Of a stretch of DNA of 64,000 nucleotides, positions 27,554 through 40,295 are shown piece after piece. The position numbers and the translations under genes are program-made. The stretch's first letter is position 1. Every line of letters begins with the position of its first letter. The notes under the pieces are model-generated. The model was not told the DNA's origin, did no database searches, and saw only the letters and a program-made list of their open reading frames with translations. Source of the stretch: Saccostrea echinata (lineage: Eukaryota); NCBI RefSeq assembly GCF_033153115.1, contig NW_026889803.1:7130001-7194000 (forward strand), given 5' to 3'.

Positions 27554-30500
27554 AATAGTAAATCTCAACATCATCTGATAATATTGTAAAGTTCTTAAAA
27601 AGTATTCAAATTTTATATTAGAAATTAAATATTTACATTTCAATTTAAGTACATTGTTATACCTTACATTTATTATGTTCCCTTACAAAAGGAAAATTCA
27701 AGGAATGAAATTCTAGAAATTTGAAAATTATTTTTGTTTTGCTTAAATACTGTTCGTTATCTCCATATTTCATTCTACTGTCGCAGATCACGTATCATTT
27801 CTACTTTTCTAGTTTTAGGTAATTTCTACTAAATTACTACTATATTAAATATAAGGCACTGTGTATATCTTAAACATTAGTATTTTGTTCCTTTAAATCT
27901 TTATGTCTGATTTCAAACATCCCTAATCACACAAACATTTTTTTTAATTGGTATAGTTGTTTAATTGCAATTATATCTTTTGGTGAGATGCAATTATTGA
28001 ATTCAGATTTTATACCAAATCATTTTTTTGCTTAGCGTCCCTCATCCTTATTGTGTTTACATTCAAGGAATTAAAACCTTTACCAGATTTGAATGAATAT
28101 ATTACCCCTAATGTCTTACCACCTTTTACACAGTTACATGATGTCTCAGGTATCTCAATACATTCAACTTCAGACTCGAGAGCCATCGTTCAGTGAAGCC
28201 TGCCGCAGAGGTTTCCACGCTTGGCCAATGCTGATAGGGCGACCTAAAAGGTTGGTCTGTTCACAACATAAAAAGGTAAATATATACAGGGGAGGTGTTT
28301 GGTGCACAGTCGGTACGTGATTGCCAGAGGATCAACATATCGATAGTTTTTCAAGGAGAATATGTTGTAGATTTTCAGATTAATTTTCAGGTTAATTTAT
28401 GTGTGATATTGGTGAAGCAGTTGTTTTATTCAGTGGAATGGATATTTAAAGTATTTAAAGCTCTCTCAAATCCTCCACATGTAGGTAAGTTATCGTGGCT
28501 GTGTTTTACATGTAAACAGGATGTTAACAAAATCAGGCAGAATTTATACTGGCTCATAGTTTACGGTGCAATAATGTTGCATACCATGCAGTAAAATTTT
28601 AATTACAATTCACAGCTATTAAAGTTAGGTTCCTGGATGGTGACATTTCATGTTTTATAAATTTTAGAATACTAGGAAAGAGTATTCAAGTTTCTTCACA
28701 GCTTTCCTTTGTTTATTAATTATTTTAAATAAGCGATTAAAAGTCGAATTAAAAAATGAATTATTTTCTTTGAAAGATCTCCATTCGGAATGTACATGCT
28801 CTATGAGAGATGTCTTCAACTTTTAAAAACTGTAGAAGAGAAGAAGATAACAAACAATACAATTTTCTATGGAAAATAGCCTTTTCACTTTATACTAAGA
28901 CACTTTATGACATTCTTTAATCGTCAAAGCAATTTAATCAAATGAGGAAAAGTGTAATTAGGAAGCATTATTATTTGTAATAAAGTAGATATAGTCATAG
29001 CACCTTACACGTGCTGCAATCTCGACTAATATCTATGCTTAGAATCAGAATGTCTAATGTATATCCTTTTTTATTTTAACTATATAATGGTAATGTGTCA
29101 CCAGTGTGCCATTTAAAATGTTTTACACAGATATAATGTTCGTAAATCATAAAAAATTTTTCAGCAAGTAATTAAACGTCCGTGAGCTAATTAAAAAGCT
29201 ATAATTTAGAATGAATCATTCATTCATAAAAGTTACAAATCAACATATCACTCTTGAATGCGTTGATTGAAGGAGGCGTTGCTTAATAGATGAGATTAGG
29301 TATAACAGCTGATTAGTTCTTCGTTGCTTTTATCATTTCCGATTTTATCTTCTTTTAATCATCGTAAGATTTACCTATGCAAAAAAAAAAAAAAAAAAAA
29401 AAAAAACCATTTTTTTGGGGGGGGGGGGGGGGTTGAGATTGTGAATTAATACATACCAATTAAACATTTTAGTGATATTTCCTTTTCATCGAATCAGACT
29501 AATTTGCAAAGTGCTTCCCTACATTTGTCCTATATCTTACTTAACTTTTAAAAACAGGACCAAGGAACAAGGTTTTAACCTGAATACGTTTTGATCTATT
29601 GATTTCTATTTTATAGGGAAAACCTCACACAGGTTGCGTAACTTATCTCAGGTCATTTTTAAATCCCTAATATGTTTCTTCCAATGTTTAAATCATTCCT
29701 AAAGTAATGAAATGATATTGTAAGTGAAAAGCTTACTTTTCGACATATTTTCTTTCAAGTATTATACCACATTAGACTGTATAGAATGATCTAAGATAGA
29801 AAAAAAATATTCCGAAACAGATGTTTAAGTATGCACTGTTCATTCTTATTTGCTCTGCATTCATATGATCAAACTGTTGAAAGGACCTTGGAAATATAAG
29901 ACATTGGCTAATTATTAGTTTGGTAAGTTACTTTATGGAGTTGTTTGTTTGAATGGGTTAAAAGAAAGACTAACATTCCCAAAAAACGTAGAAATATCTG
30001 TTGATGAATATCACTGGCACCCATTCATTGAACAAGGGATAACAGTAAATGACCTGATGATGAGAATTAAGCCGTTATCATAGCTTTGTCACTATTTATA
30101 GTCAAATTTTGTTGGACCGTTGTGGGTCAAAAACTAACTACCCTTTGATGTTTATCAAGCAGCTTAAGGTGATAAATAAACTTTTATTTATAGGATTAAC
30201 TCCTGAAAAATACACAGAATTTTCTTTGTTTGAATACACTATGTAAAAGCATATAACATTGGTCGTATTTTCAGATTGTCGAATAAATAAAAAGTGTACA
30301 CTGAATTTCTTTACATGCAATTAATTGAACAGGTCGATGCTTGTATTCTTAAACAGAATATACAAATTTAACCTGACTGCTCCATCTTTGAGTTCAATTG
30401 TGTCCAATGTAATCAGAATTTTAGAGCAACTAGAAAAGATATAAAATGATACACAATAAAACTGTCATTAAAATTTCCAGCTGTAAGTCATTCCAATATA

Positions 30501-31776
30501 AACCTATATGCACATAATCGTCACTTTCCTTTATAAAAAGCTATGCATTATGCTTTCTGACGAAATGTGTGTTCACAATGGAACCATCAATTGAACAAAT
30601 GGATTTGACATGTTTTCATTTTGAAATTACAATTATCATGTGAATTTCTATCAATCATTGTAAGCCCACATATGCGAACCATAACTAAAACATAACAATT
30701 AAATTAAAACAACACTCACACAGATAAATTTACAAGTTCCGTAATAATACCTACTATCGAGTTTTGAAATTGAGTAAACATCGATGATAGTTTAAATACC
30801 TATGATAGGAATTTAAAACTGAACTGCCTTATCATTTCATTATATCCTTTACAATAATGTGTCTTAACCTACCTAAAGAAAAAAAGAGAAACAAAAGTTT
30901 TCTACAAGACCATTTGTCCATACCATGTTTCAGATAATTGACATTTATCAGTAGGTTATAAAGTGGTGTTGGAGATAAAACACATGTCTTTACACAGTAA
31001 AATTATCTACTATTGGTTTATGATAATTTGTAAATATTTGTATTAAGCTCCAAAATTATCAAATACAACAGGTGGCTATACTATTTCGCTCTTTTCATTG
31101 TTGATATAAAGGATAGCATTGTCATATTTATCTAATTATATGGGCTAAGTGTGCCTTGCTCATTCAGTGCAAATATTCTGTGCAGATGTGCACAAACATC
31201 TGCATGCCCTTACAGATAGTTTATTTCACATATTTTCCCTATAGCTTCAAATTCCACACAATACTCAAGCTACAATGCACAACATATCCTGTCACCTTCA
31301 TGTTGACTGAATGTCCATCTGTTATTAACGACCTCCGCAACCAAAAGTGAACTGTTAATAAAAGGTATATATATTGTATGCTCTGCATACCACGAAACAT
31401 GCAGATACCTTATAAATTTTTAAACCCGGAGATTATGAAGCATAAAGGTGTTTTATTATGAGACTTTTTAATCTTTTACAAACTGTAAATTCGTACTTGA
31501 AACCTGCTTGCAAACCTGTCCTTTCTATGAGAAAAAAAGGGCTGCAGATGGGAACTCAAATCTGATTGGTTAAGTTTATACCACTCTCATGCTAAGAGTT
31601 TACAGTAGATAGGGGCTATATATATGACCATACAGGTAACCATCATTTGGATGAGGGAAAGATCATTTAATGTAATCTCGGAAACATGTTTATGTATGAA
31701 ATACCAATAAGAATTTTATGGGATTTTTTTAAACTTCAAGTGATACAATTCTTGTGATATTTTAAAGGATACTTAA

Positions 31777-32119
31777 AAATATGATTCCTATTCCAAAGTA
31801 TATCATTTATATGTAATTCCTATTCGAAAATATGTCATTCCCATTCGATAACTTTGTCATTCCCATTCCACAATTTTGTCATTCTTATTCGATAATTATG
31901 CGATTTATTTGCAATTAACGTTATTTCTATTCGAAAACATACGATTTCTATTCGATAATGTTGTTATTTTTATTCGATAATTTTATCATTACTATGCGAT
32001 GTTCAATAATTGCATTCTTGGTATTATGACAAAAATCATTTACTAGCAATTATCGAATAAGAATGACAAAATTATCGAATAGGAATGACAAAATTATTGA
32101 ATAGGAAATACATATTTTC
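31777..32119. repeat. foldback array of 22-bp units (GTCATTCCTATTCGATAATTTT), probable MITE relic
   Basis: Direct 22-bp units at ~31777-31990. Inverted units at 32048-32121 mirror ~31823-31897. The right arm is cut by a SINE. Confidence 0.78.
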
Positions 32120-32393
32120 GATTGATTGATTGTTTGTATGTTGTTTTACGTTCCGTTCGGGAATTTTTCACTCATATAGAGACGTCACCATATACCGGTG
32201 AAGGGCTACTAATTTAGATCTTTACTCGGCACTCAGGGCCATCGAGCAGTGAGGGTTTTTTTATCGTGCCAACGCCTACCGTGACACGGGGCCTCGGTTT
32301 TTAAGGTCTCATCCGAAGGACCCGCAAATTTCACTTCAAAGTGCCGAGAGCTTGGCGAAGGAACAGTTTTTTTTTATCGACTTAGGTCAGTCG
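32120..32393 (-). mobile_element. 5'-truncated Meta+Deu SINE copy 4
   Basis: Reverse complement of the SINE body from CGACTGACCTAAGTCG to the (CAAT)n tail. The tRNA head is missing. Confidence 0.92.
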
Positions 32394-33251
32394 TAAAAAT
32401 GTTATTTCCTAAATATTCTGAACTTGAAGTTTTTTTAAAGTTGTAAAAAAGAATTAAGATTTACATTTATTCCTCTTGTTATCATTATACTAGACTTGTC
32501 TAAAGTTGTCAGCTGTTTACGATTAACAGCTGAAAACATCCGACATTATTTCTTCCAAATCTGTATAACCCCTCTGTTCCCACACCCTTTGTTGTACGTG
32601 GTTTGGGAAATTTAAGCGTGACTTTTAAATTCTATCAGGAAGGAGTGACTCGTTTAACACACGCTGTAGGGAATTCCTTAAAGGTATCCTTAATGGACTT
32701 TGTCAGATATCATTTATGATGTTCTAATTGATTTAAATTGTTGATGAATATAATACTTACCGAACTTTATTTAGAACATTCCCTGTAAAATGTCCAGGGA
32801 GGTGCTCATTCATGAAATACTGCGTGTGTTGTACTCAGAAATTTAGCGGTAAAATTATCTCTGGTTACAGTCCGTTTCATGACTAAAAGCCTCCTTTTAT
32901 TTTGCTAGCCGTGTATTGTAAAGTTTGTAGTTAACTCTCAAATTAACTTTAAACAGATAAAGGTATAAGGTTACGCAGAACATTATTTTCCGCATCAATT
33001 TAATTTCTAAAATGAACGTCTGATCATTGTTATGTTCGGGGTCATTTTGCGCATTATACCTTCATCATTTTTTTTAAAATACCCCTTCGATGCTGACAAT
33101 GTTTCATTTTTTCTTCGATACTGAATTTTTTCCCCTTCGTTTTCTCATGCAAATGACCATTACAGAATATGTATTCTTTCGGAAGTAAAAAATGAAATAT
33201 AAGCAGAGAAAATTAATAAGGAAATTGTTTCATTGCAATATTATTTTGTAG

Positions 33252-33340
33252 GTGAGCGCAAGAATGATGAATGAAGACTTGTCGTCCTCTCATTGCTTTA
33301 GATAGCCACTGATTCTAGCTTTGATGTCACTATTTGTCAG
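33252..33340 (+). other. candidate non-coding 5'UTR exon of GLCE
   Basis: attttgtag acceptor ending 33251 and cag|gttagt donor at 33341. The acceptor at 33770 implies an upstream exon. An ETS-like CGGAAGT lies at 33180. Confidence 0.3.
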
Positions 33341-33784
33341 GTTAGTCTTAACAATAAACAAATAATTATGAATAGACTTGGCAATAACAAAGCGACGGAT
33401 TGTTATCCTAGATATATATGTAGAGTATCTTCTGAAAGATGAATATATTGTTCGATGATTGGTAGCAATTTTGCTTGTTTCGTATTTCAAAATGTTTTGC
33501 CATTTTTTCCCCTTGTGCCAGTTTTTGCAAGATATTTCACTCATATGAAATCATGATTGTTTCTCTTGAAATGTTTGGAAAAAATGATACTTACCTTTTG
33601 CATTTTGTTTCGGTTAAAGATGTACATGCATAATTTGCACCATCCATTTGATTATTGCATCGTTTAGATTCCACTACAATACTGATGGGTAAAGATATTA
33701 ATTGATTTTGAACACTTTATAACTTGTACATGTTAGTACTTATTCAATTTATAAAGAAACTTTTTTTCAGGTTTTATTCTACAC

Positions 33785-33900
33785 ATGTACCGTACGAACC
33801 TGAAGGTTCTTATACTATGTGTGGGTATCTTCCCTCTTCTTCTTACAGTATACAACATTGGAAGATGTGATATTACTAGGGAAGACGATAGCATTTACAG
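33785..33900 (+). CDS. GLCE: GLCE coding exon 1 (cytoplasmic tail and transmembrane anchor)
   Basis: Acceptor ttttttcag ends at 33770, ATG at 33785, donor gtaaaa at 33901. [10 protein letters not shown] resembles the N-terminus of vertebrate GLCE (RVNYKTLIIIC). Confidence 0.85.
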
Positions 33901-36202
33901 GTAAAAAGTCCAGAGGAATTTAGGAACATGATAGAAAAATATAAAGTTAACGCAAAACTATTCTTGCGATATAGAATATCCTGTCTTATTATTAATTATT
34001 TTTTGTGGATTTCAAAGGAAAGAAGTGTCGTCACAAATCGTCAATGAGTTTGAAGCTTCTGTGGGGTTTCAGCCCAGGGTAGCCCAGGCCTACAATCACG
34101 TGGAAAGGAACAAGCCAATCAAATATGAAGAACTTGAGTGTGTCATCAATGGAGACTACTCCATAATGGGAAGAAAAGAGGGGAAAGATGTTTACATGCC
34201 GTTTTCCTTCATTCAGAAATATTTTGAGGTATGAATTATGAAGTATATTCGAAGCAAAGTATATCAGCATTAACTCAGGGCATTGATGTTCTTTTAAGGC
34301 GTCAGCTTATAATATAGATAAGTTACGGGGAAAAAAACTAGAGGATCATATAGAAAATCTATTCAAGATAAAAATATTTTATAAATACAGGTTTACGGCT
34401 CGATTGAAACCTCAGATGGATACGAGAGGTTTTCATTCCATCACAGCTACCAAGACGATTTTCCCTCTGGTCCTCAACTTAAGTACAACCCCAGTGGTGT
34501 TTTCATGTCGTTTGATCAATATAGCGTAGAAGACAGAAATAGGGTCAAATGTGTCTCTGGCGTGGAAGGTAGAAAAGCAAAAATATAATATAGATAACTA
34601 ACCACTTTACTATTTTCACACTAATTATGAATAACTAAAATTGAATGGCATTTTAAAAATGTAGCAAGAAAAAGGAGAAACATTTTTCAGAATCGATTGA
34701 ATCTTCATTCTAGGTGTTCCTATATCAACACAATGGGAGCGGAAAGGTCACTATTACCCCATACAGATAGCACAGTACGGTTTAAGTCACTATAGCAAAT
34801 ACCTAACACAATCAAGACCGAAAATAAAAGTTTTAGAGGATGGAGAACAAACTGATATATCAGACTGGTTGCTTCCTGATCGCAAATCTGAGATCCGCAG
34901 CAGGATGGACGACAGAACTTCGGTGGATAATGGTGTAGTGGAATTCAGGACATCAAGTACGTATATCACAGAACTTTCCTCCTATGAATATGGATGATGC
35001 ATTTAAACTCTTTTCATCCAGAGTAAAATAATTCTTAGAAATCTTGTTTCAACTTTTATTTACATGTGGACATATCTTTTATGTATTACTAAATTGTATA
35101 TGCAGCACAAAAACGCAAAATGCAGGCTTAAGCAGCAATTTGTTTTACATATACATATATATTTTCAGCAAACTTGAAAAATCCCGGAATCAGTATTTCC
35201 ACAGAAAAAGAAAGGATGTCGACATTATCAATGGATATTATGTTTATAAATAATGGAAGTGTGACAGTATTAATTCAGACAGGAGATGGAAATTTGTTCA
35301 ATATTCATTACGTGCTTAGTGATAGCATAATTAAAATAAACGGCAAAGACATTTATTATGGAATTGGGTTGCATAAAAAAGGAAAATGGATTCACTTAAC
35401 GAGACAAGTAATGGTAGATTTTCAAAAAGGATTAACATTACAATATTCGAAAAATCGAAGTAGCAAAATAAAAAATGCAGCCCACATTGCAGCTATTTGT
35501 GTTCGTGGTCATGGCATAATGGACAATGTGACCCTTCATAGTCATGCACACAAGGATTTGTTTTTTGATGCTGCAAATTATTTTGTACGGCATCAAGATT
35601 CCAAGGGTGGCTGGCCAGTAAAAGTGACACGTAAACTGATTCCAGAAGTCATGGAATTAGAGCCAGGGTGGTATTCTGCAATGGGTCAAGGACAGGCAAT
35701 TTCTCTTCTTGTACGTGCATATGTGGCCTCCAAAGATCGGACTTACTTAGATGCAGCGGGTAGAGCGCTGGATATTTTTGAAATTCCAAGTTCTCAAGGT
35801 GGCGTTTTAGCAAAATTTTTAAACAAATTTTATTGGTATGAAGAATACCCTACTACTCCTAGTAGTTTTGTGCTCAATGGATTTATCTACTCTTTACTCG
35901 GTCTATATGACCTTAAAGAAATAGCAGTCGGTAGGATTAAAGAAAAAGCAGCTGAGTTGTTTGAAAATGGGATGAGGACGTTGAAAGCAATGCTTCTCAT
36001 ATTTGATTCTGGTACAGGGACGTTTTATGACCTTCGACATATCACTACAGGTCTTGCACCAAATCGTGCTAGATGGGATTATCATAAAGTTCATATCAAA
36101 CAGTTATACATACTGATTGAATTAGACAATGATCCACTTTTTCAAAACACTCTTGAACGATGGAAAGGGTACATGAAAGGGAAACTTGCCCCTCACAATT
36201 AG
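33785..36202 (+). CDS. GLCE: D-glucuronyl C5-epimerase (heparan sulfate/heparin C5-epimerase), spliced CDS join(33785..33900,34018..34228,34391..34568,34714..34956,35169..36202), 593 aa
   Basis: Exon lengths 116+211+178+243+1034=1782 nt join in frame across four GT-AG introns (117, 162, 145, 212 bp). The protein has an N-terminal signal anchor ([23 protein letters not shown]) and the GLCE motifs [96 protein letters not shown], ending in ..APHN. Confidence 0.96.
34018..34228 (+). CDS. GLCE: GLCE coding exon 2
   Basis: AAG acceptor ending at 34017 keeps the frame of ORF 34025. Encodes ..[33 protein letters not shown]. Donor gtatga at 34229. Confidence 0.88.
34391..34568 (+). CDS. GLCE: GLCE coding exon 3
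   Basis: tacag|GTTTACGGC. Encodes [20 protein letters not shown]...[24 protein letters not shown]. Donor gtagaa at 34569. Confidence 0.92.
34714..34956 (+). CDS. GLCE: GLCE coding exon 4
   Basis: ttctag|GTGTTCCT. Encodes [29 protein letters not shown]...VVEFRTS. Donor gtacgt at 34957. Confidence 0.92.
35169..36202 (+). CDS. GLCE: GLCE coding exon 5 (catalytic C-terminal domain)
   Basis: ttttcag acceptor ends at 35168, in frame with the 342-aa ORF 35174..36202. Contains the catalytic WYEEYP and RWDYH motifs. TAG stop. Confidence 0.96.
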
Positions 36203-36900
36203 AAACTGAAAGATCAATATACATGTTACTTTTTTGTTGTTGGAAATTTTAATTTCAACCTGAACTTAACTGCACTTTTATTGTTCATACACCGAAACTT
36301 TCTATTATTATTTACTGAATAATTAATGACAATTTAGCAATATAAGTAAGAAAGTTAATAAAAATAGAATTGAATCCGGTTTTTTTTTAAAAGAATTTCT
36401 GTTTTGTTATTCATATCTGGCCTAAACTTGTTCAAATTGACAATATGTAAAGATCCATTTTGCAATTTGAAGACTGATCGTCCTCTCATTGCATGGGAGG
36501 CTGTCATTTTTTTTTTTATCGAGATCTGTTTTTAGCAATATCGACAACTTCTGATTTAATTTTGCAGGAAATGATGAACATTTCAAACAGTTTCAATATT
36601 TTAGTTTGCATCAAACCCTGCCAGCATTATGAAGGTTATTTTTATGGTGCTTTGTTTTGATATTTTTGTACATAATATAAAGTAAATTTTCAATGAGAGT
36701 TGGCGTAGTTAAAACTTTTCTTACATGTTACATTCCATATTTGTGCGTTATTCTTATGCTGTTAAATATGAGTTTCACGAGAACTAATGCAACGTATCTG
36801 TTATGAAAGTGTCAGCAAAATGTTTTCGTGTAAGACGATATTTTTCCTGTTTTTTAATTCTATTGCAATACTTTGTCTCCCTGTGGTTTATGTTATTACA

Positions 36901-36906
36901 AATAAA
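36901..36906 (+). promoter_or_regulatory. candidate GLCE polyadenylation signal AATAAA
   Basis: AATAAA ~700 bp after the stop, followed by a T-rich tract. The hexamer is common in AT-rich DNA. Confidence 0.4.
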
Positions 36907-39789
36907 ACAATGAAACCTTTAATTCTTTCTTCTTCATTTAAGATTGTTTGCTTCTAATAATGCACATTATAAAGAATTTGAGAACATCTTTTTTTCTAAT
37001 CTTTAAAACAATCGGTAGATATAAGGTATTCCTATTTAAGTGTAACTCTTGTCATAATTTTTTTCTCAAGAAAAATGATAGTGATTTGAAAAATATCGTA
37101 CATGTATATTATATATATTACCCGCTGTACCTATTCCCAATGTATTCAAGTTTCAGAACTGATGTAAGCAATGTCAAGTCACAATTCAGTATTTAAAGTT
37201 ATAAAATGAGTCGAAAAAATGTGTTTCTTTTAAGATAAGCGAAGAATTTATGAAAAAAATGAACGGTATTTTTGACAACTTAGCTGCACTGTAAAGCAAG
37301 ATAAGTACCAGAAAAACAAAGGACGTTCTACCGTATTGTTGTTATCGTCCATGTCAAGGTCACGCAAATTTTATTTTTAGCGTAAAACTTATAAACAACA
37401 ATGAACTGAGTATGCAAAAGTAAGGAATATGTTCAGAGAATCTTTTTGAAGATTGTATCAAAATCCATGGTTAACGAACATTTATGTCTTGGGACTTGAG
37501 ACCATGGTAATTTCTTTAACTTTTCTGGGCATGCCTACAATATGAAGGAAGTAAAGCAATACATGTATGTTCGTCATGGGACACGTCATGGGACAGACAA
37601 AAAATACGTTTTTCTCCATAAAAGTAGATGTTTAGGTTCTGAAATCTGTAATTTTCTGAAACCTAATACTTTCAAGAATTTAACAACGTTTGCATGTGTC
37701 ATGCAAAAATTCTATTTTTGCCAATTTTTCCCCCGTTTTTACGTCACAGTGTCTCTTGAATAGCTATTTTCTGTAAGCATTAAAACTCTTATATGGGGAG
37801 TGTGGCATGCTAGGTGTTGGATTTTAATGATTCTTATTTAGAGAAATGAAACTAATGTTCACAATAAAACGGTAAAATATGGTTATTGATTACCATGAAA
37901 TCCTGGCATTTTATGAAAAATTCTCTTTTCCGACCAATTGAACTTTTTATTTAATCATATATGACTTAATCAATCTTGTTGTCAAATTACACTTATTACA
38001 AATTATAATTTTATGATATTAAAGATAATTTCATGTGCATGAAAAATTCCTAAAGATAGAAAAAAAATAGTCTCCCTTTCCATGTATTTTTTTCAGGGGG
38101 AAAAAATTAAAAGGTTTGAGAATCTTTTGAAAAGCCTAGTATAAAATTTTGCTGACAATTGAAAAAAATATTCTTGATATCAAAGTTCATAGACCATTCT
38201 AATATTTATTGCATAGAAATATTAAGTATTCATATTTTGTTTTCATGTTATCAAGGATACGAAGTGATGATTTTTTTGAAATCTCAGACAGGGGTAAGAG
38301 GTGTTACCAGTCAGTTTTCTTCCAAAAACTTGAGTATTTTACATTCGTTTGAAAACCAGTTTTGATATGTGGTTAACAATATAAAAAGCAGAAAGAAAAA
38401 TGTCCATTGCAAAAGGTCAAGGACAAATGGCTTGAAATGAACTAAAATCCAAGAAATTGAGTGTCTCTGCACCATAACTTGAGTTTTTAAAACCATAGCA
38501 GAAAAAATACAATTCAGGTGCACAATAACTGTAATTGGATGTGAATTGATAAATAAATTGTATGTCAAAAGCTCAAAGCAGTTTCAAGGTCATAGTGGTA
38601 AAAAAGTTCTTACCGTTTCATGCAGGCATTTATTCTCAAATAGTTTGAATGAGGTACACTTTGTCATAGATTATACTGACACTGGGAATATTTTATCATC
38701 TAAAGCTGGGTGTATGATATGAAAATAATGTTTAAAAAACATGGTTGTGGTTTTGTTGTTGTAATCCACTTTCATGCTTACTAGGATTTGAGTGGACTGC
38801 TAAGTTTGCTGGAATCATACATTTAACAGTGCGTAATTTATAGTTAACACGATTTGTTAGTTCTAGTAAATGGTATTAAAAATCCACCGAGATTTTCAAA
38901 GTTATGGAATTTATATTATAAAGTATCGAAAAAATGACCCACCACCACCACCACAGACCCTTTCTTAGTTACATTTCACAACACAGGACTTTGCTGTGAT
39001 CTCGAAATTAATGTATGTTTATTATATATGGTTTGACCTTATCCTCCCTCACGTTACAGAAACATCAGGACATTAAAGTATGATAATAACGAAGTAATGC
39101 GGGCTCTGTCAGAATGTGAAGGAATTCACGAACAGGTGTACTAGAAAAGGGACAGGACGTGTCGATATTTTAAAATATTGTTTTTTAATCCTCCGAAAAT
39201 TGACAACTTAGATAATGCTCACAGTTGGCGGCAATCTTTACCATTTACTAGGTAAAAAATTCATTTTTAAATAGACTGACATTCAGTTAGTATTTGCAAT
39301 GTGTATTATTGTTCGGAAATAACTTTAAGGTGATACATCACATATCTTACAACAGATGTACAAAGTACCTTACCAACTGATTATTTCAAGATATTCTTGT
39401 AACGTTGTAAATGAACCTGTCCGTATTCAAATAATCAAAATACAAAACCGATTTTAAAAAAAAACTTTCTGTTTTCTGCACATTAATTTCATAAAATATG
39501 ATGGATTTTCACTCAAATGAAACAAATTTCTCTAAGAAACTTTGAAAATGATCCTTAAATGGTAGCTCTTTATTGCCCGATGGCTTTACTACAAAGGGAA
39601 CAAATTAAAACAGGTCTGAATGAAGTCAGAGTATTTGTACGAATTGTCACATTCGTGATTATGGTCAGAGACTAAAATATAAAACCATAACGCTGCAGTT
39701 CTGCAGGTTCAGTTTAGGTCGACTTTATGTATATCTTTGCTCATGCTTACTTTCACTTTCCCATTAACCTACATATATAACTCTTTAAA

Positions 39790-40295
39790 TTTTAAAATGA
39801 TTTGTTACTTATATTTTGAAACTTTGACATACAGATATATATGGATATGGCATAACTGATATGACATAACTGATAAAGACACTTTTCCGAAATATGAATC
39901 CTGACTTTAATAGAAAATGTCAAATTTTCTTATTCTTACACTTTTTAACCCAAATTGTATACGTTAATTATACTATTCACTATTTTATTCCTAAATGCAA
40001 CGAAATTTCATTATATTGCAAAGATAAGAAATATTTTGCTTTTAGAATGTTTTACTTTTAAGATAATTTGTTACTTTGTTATTTTGACACAGATATACGT
40101 GGATATCGCGTTACTGATAAAGAGACTTTTCCGAATATATATTCTTAACTCTAAATATTTGATAGCAAATGTCATGTTTTCTGATTCTTACACTTTTGAA
40201 CCCAAACTGTATATGCAAATTGTTTTGTTCACTATTTTATTCCTAAATGCAACGAAATTTTTTTAAATTGCAAAGATAAGGAATATTTTGACTTT
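39790..40295. repeat. old diverged tandem duplication, ~250-bp unit x2
   Basis: Shared colinear blocks, e.g. TTCACTATTTTATTCCTAAATGCAACGAAATTT at ~39976 and ~40228, and ATTGCAAAGATAAG.AATATTTTG. Confidence 0.85.
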
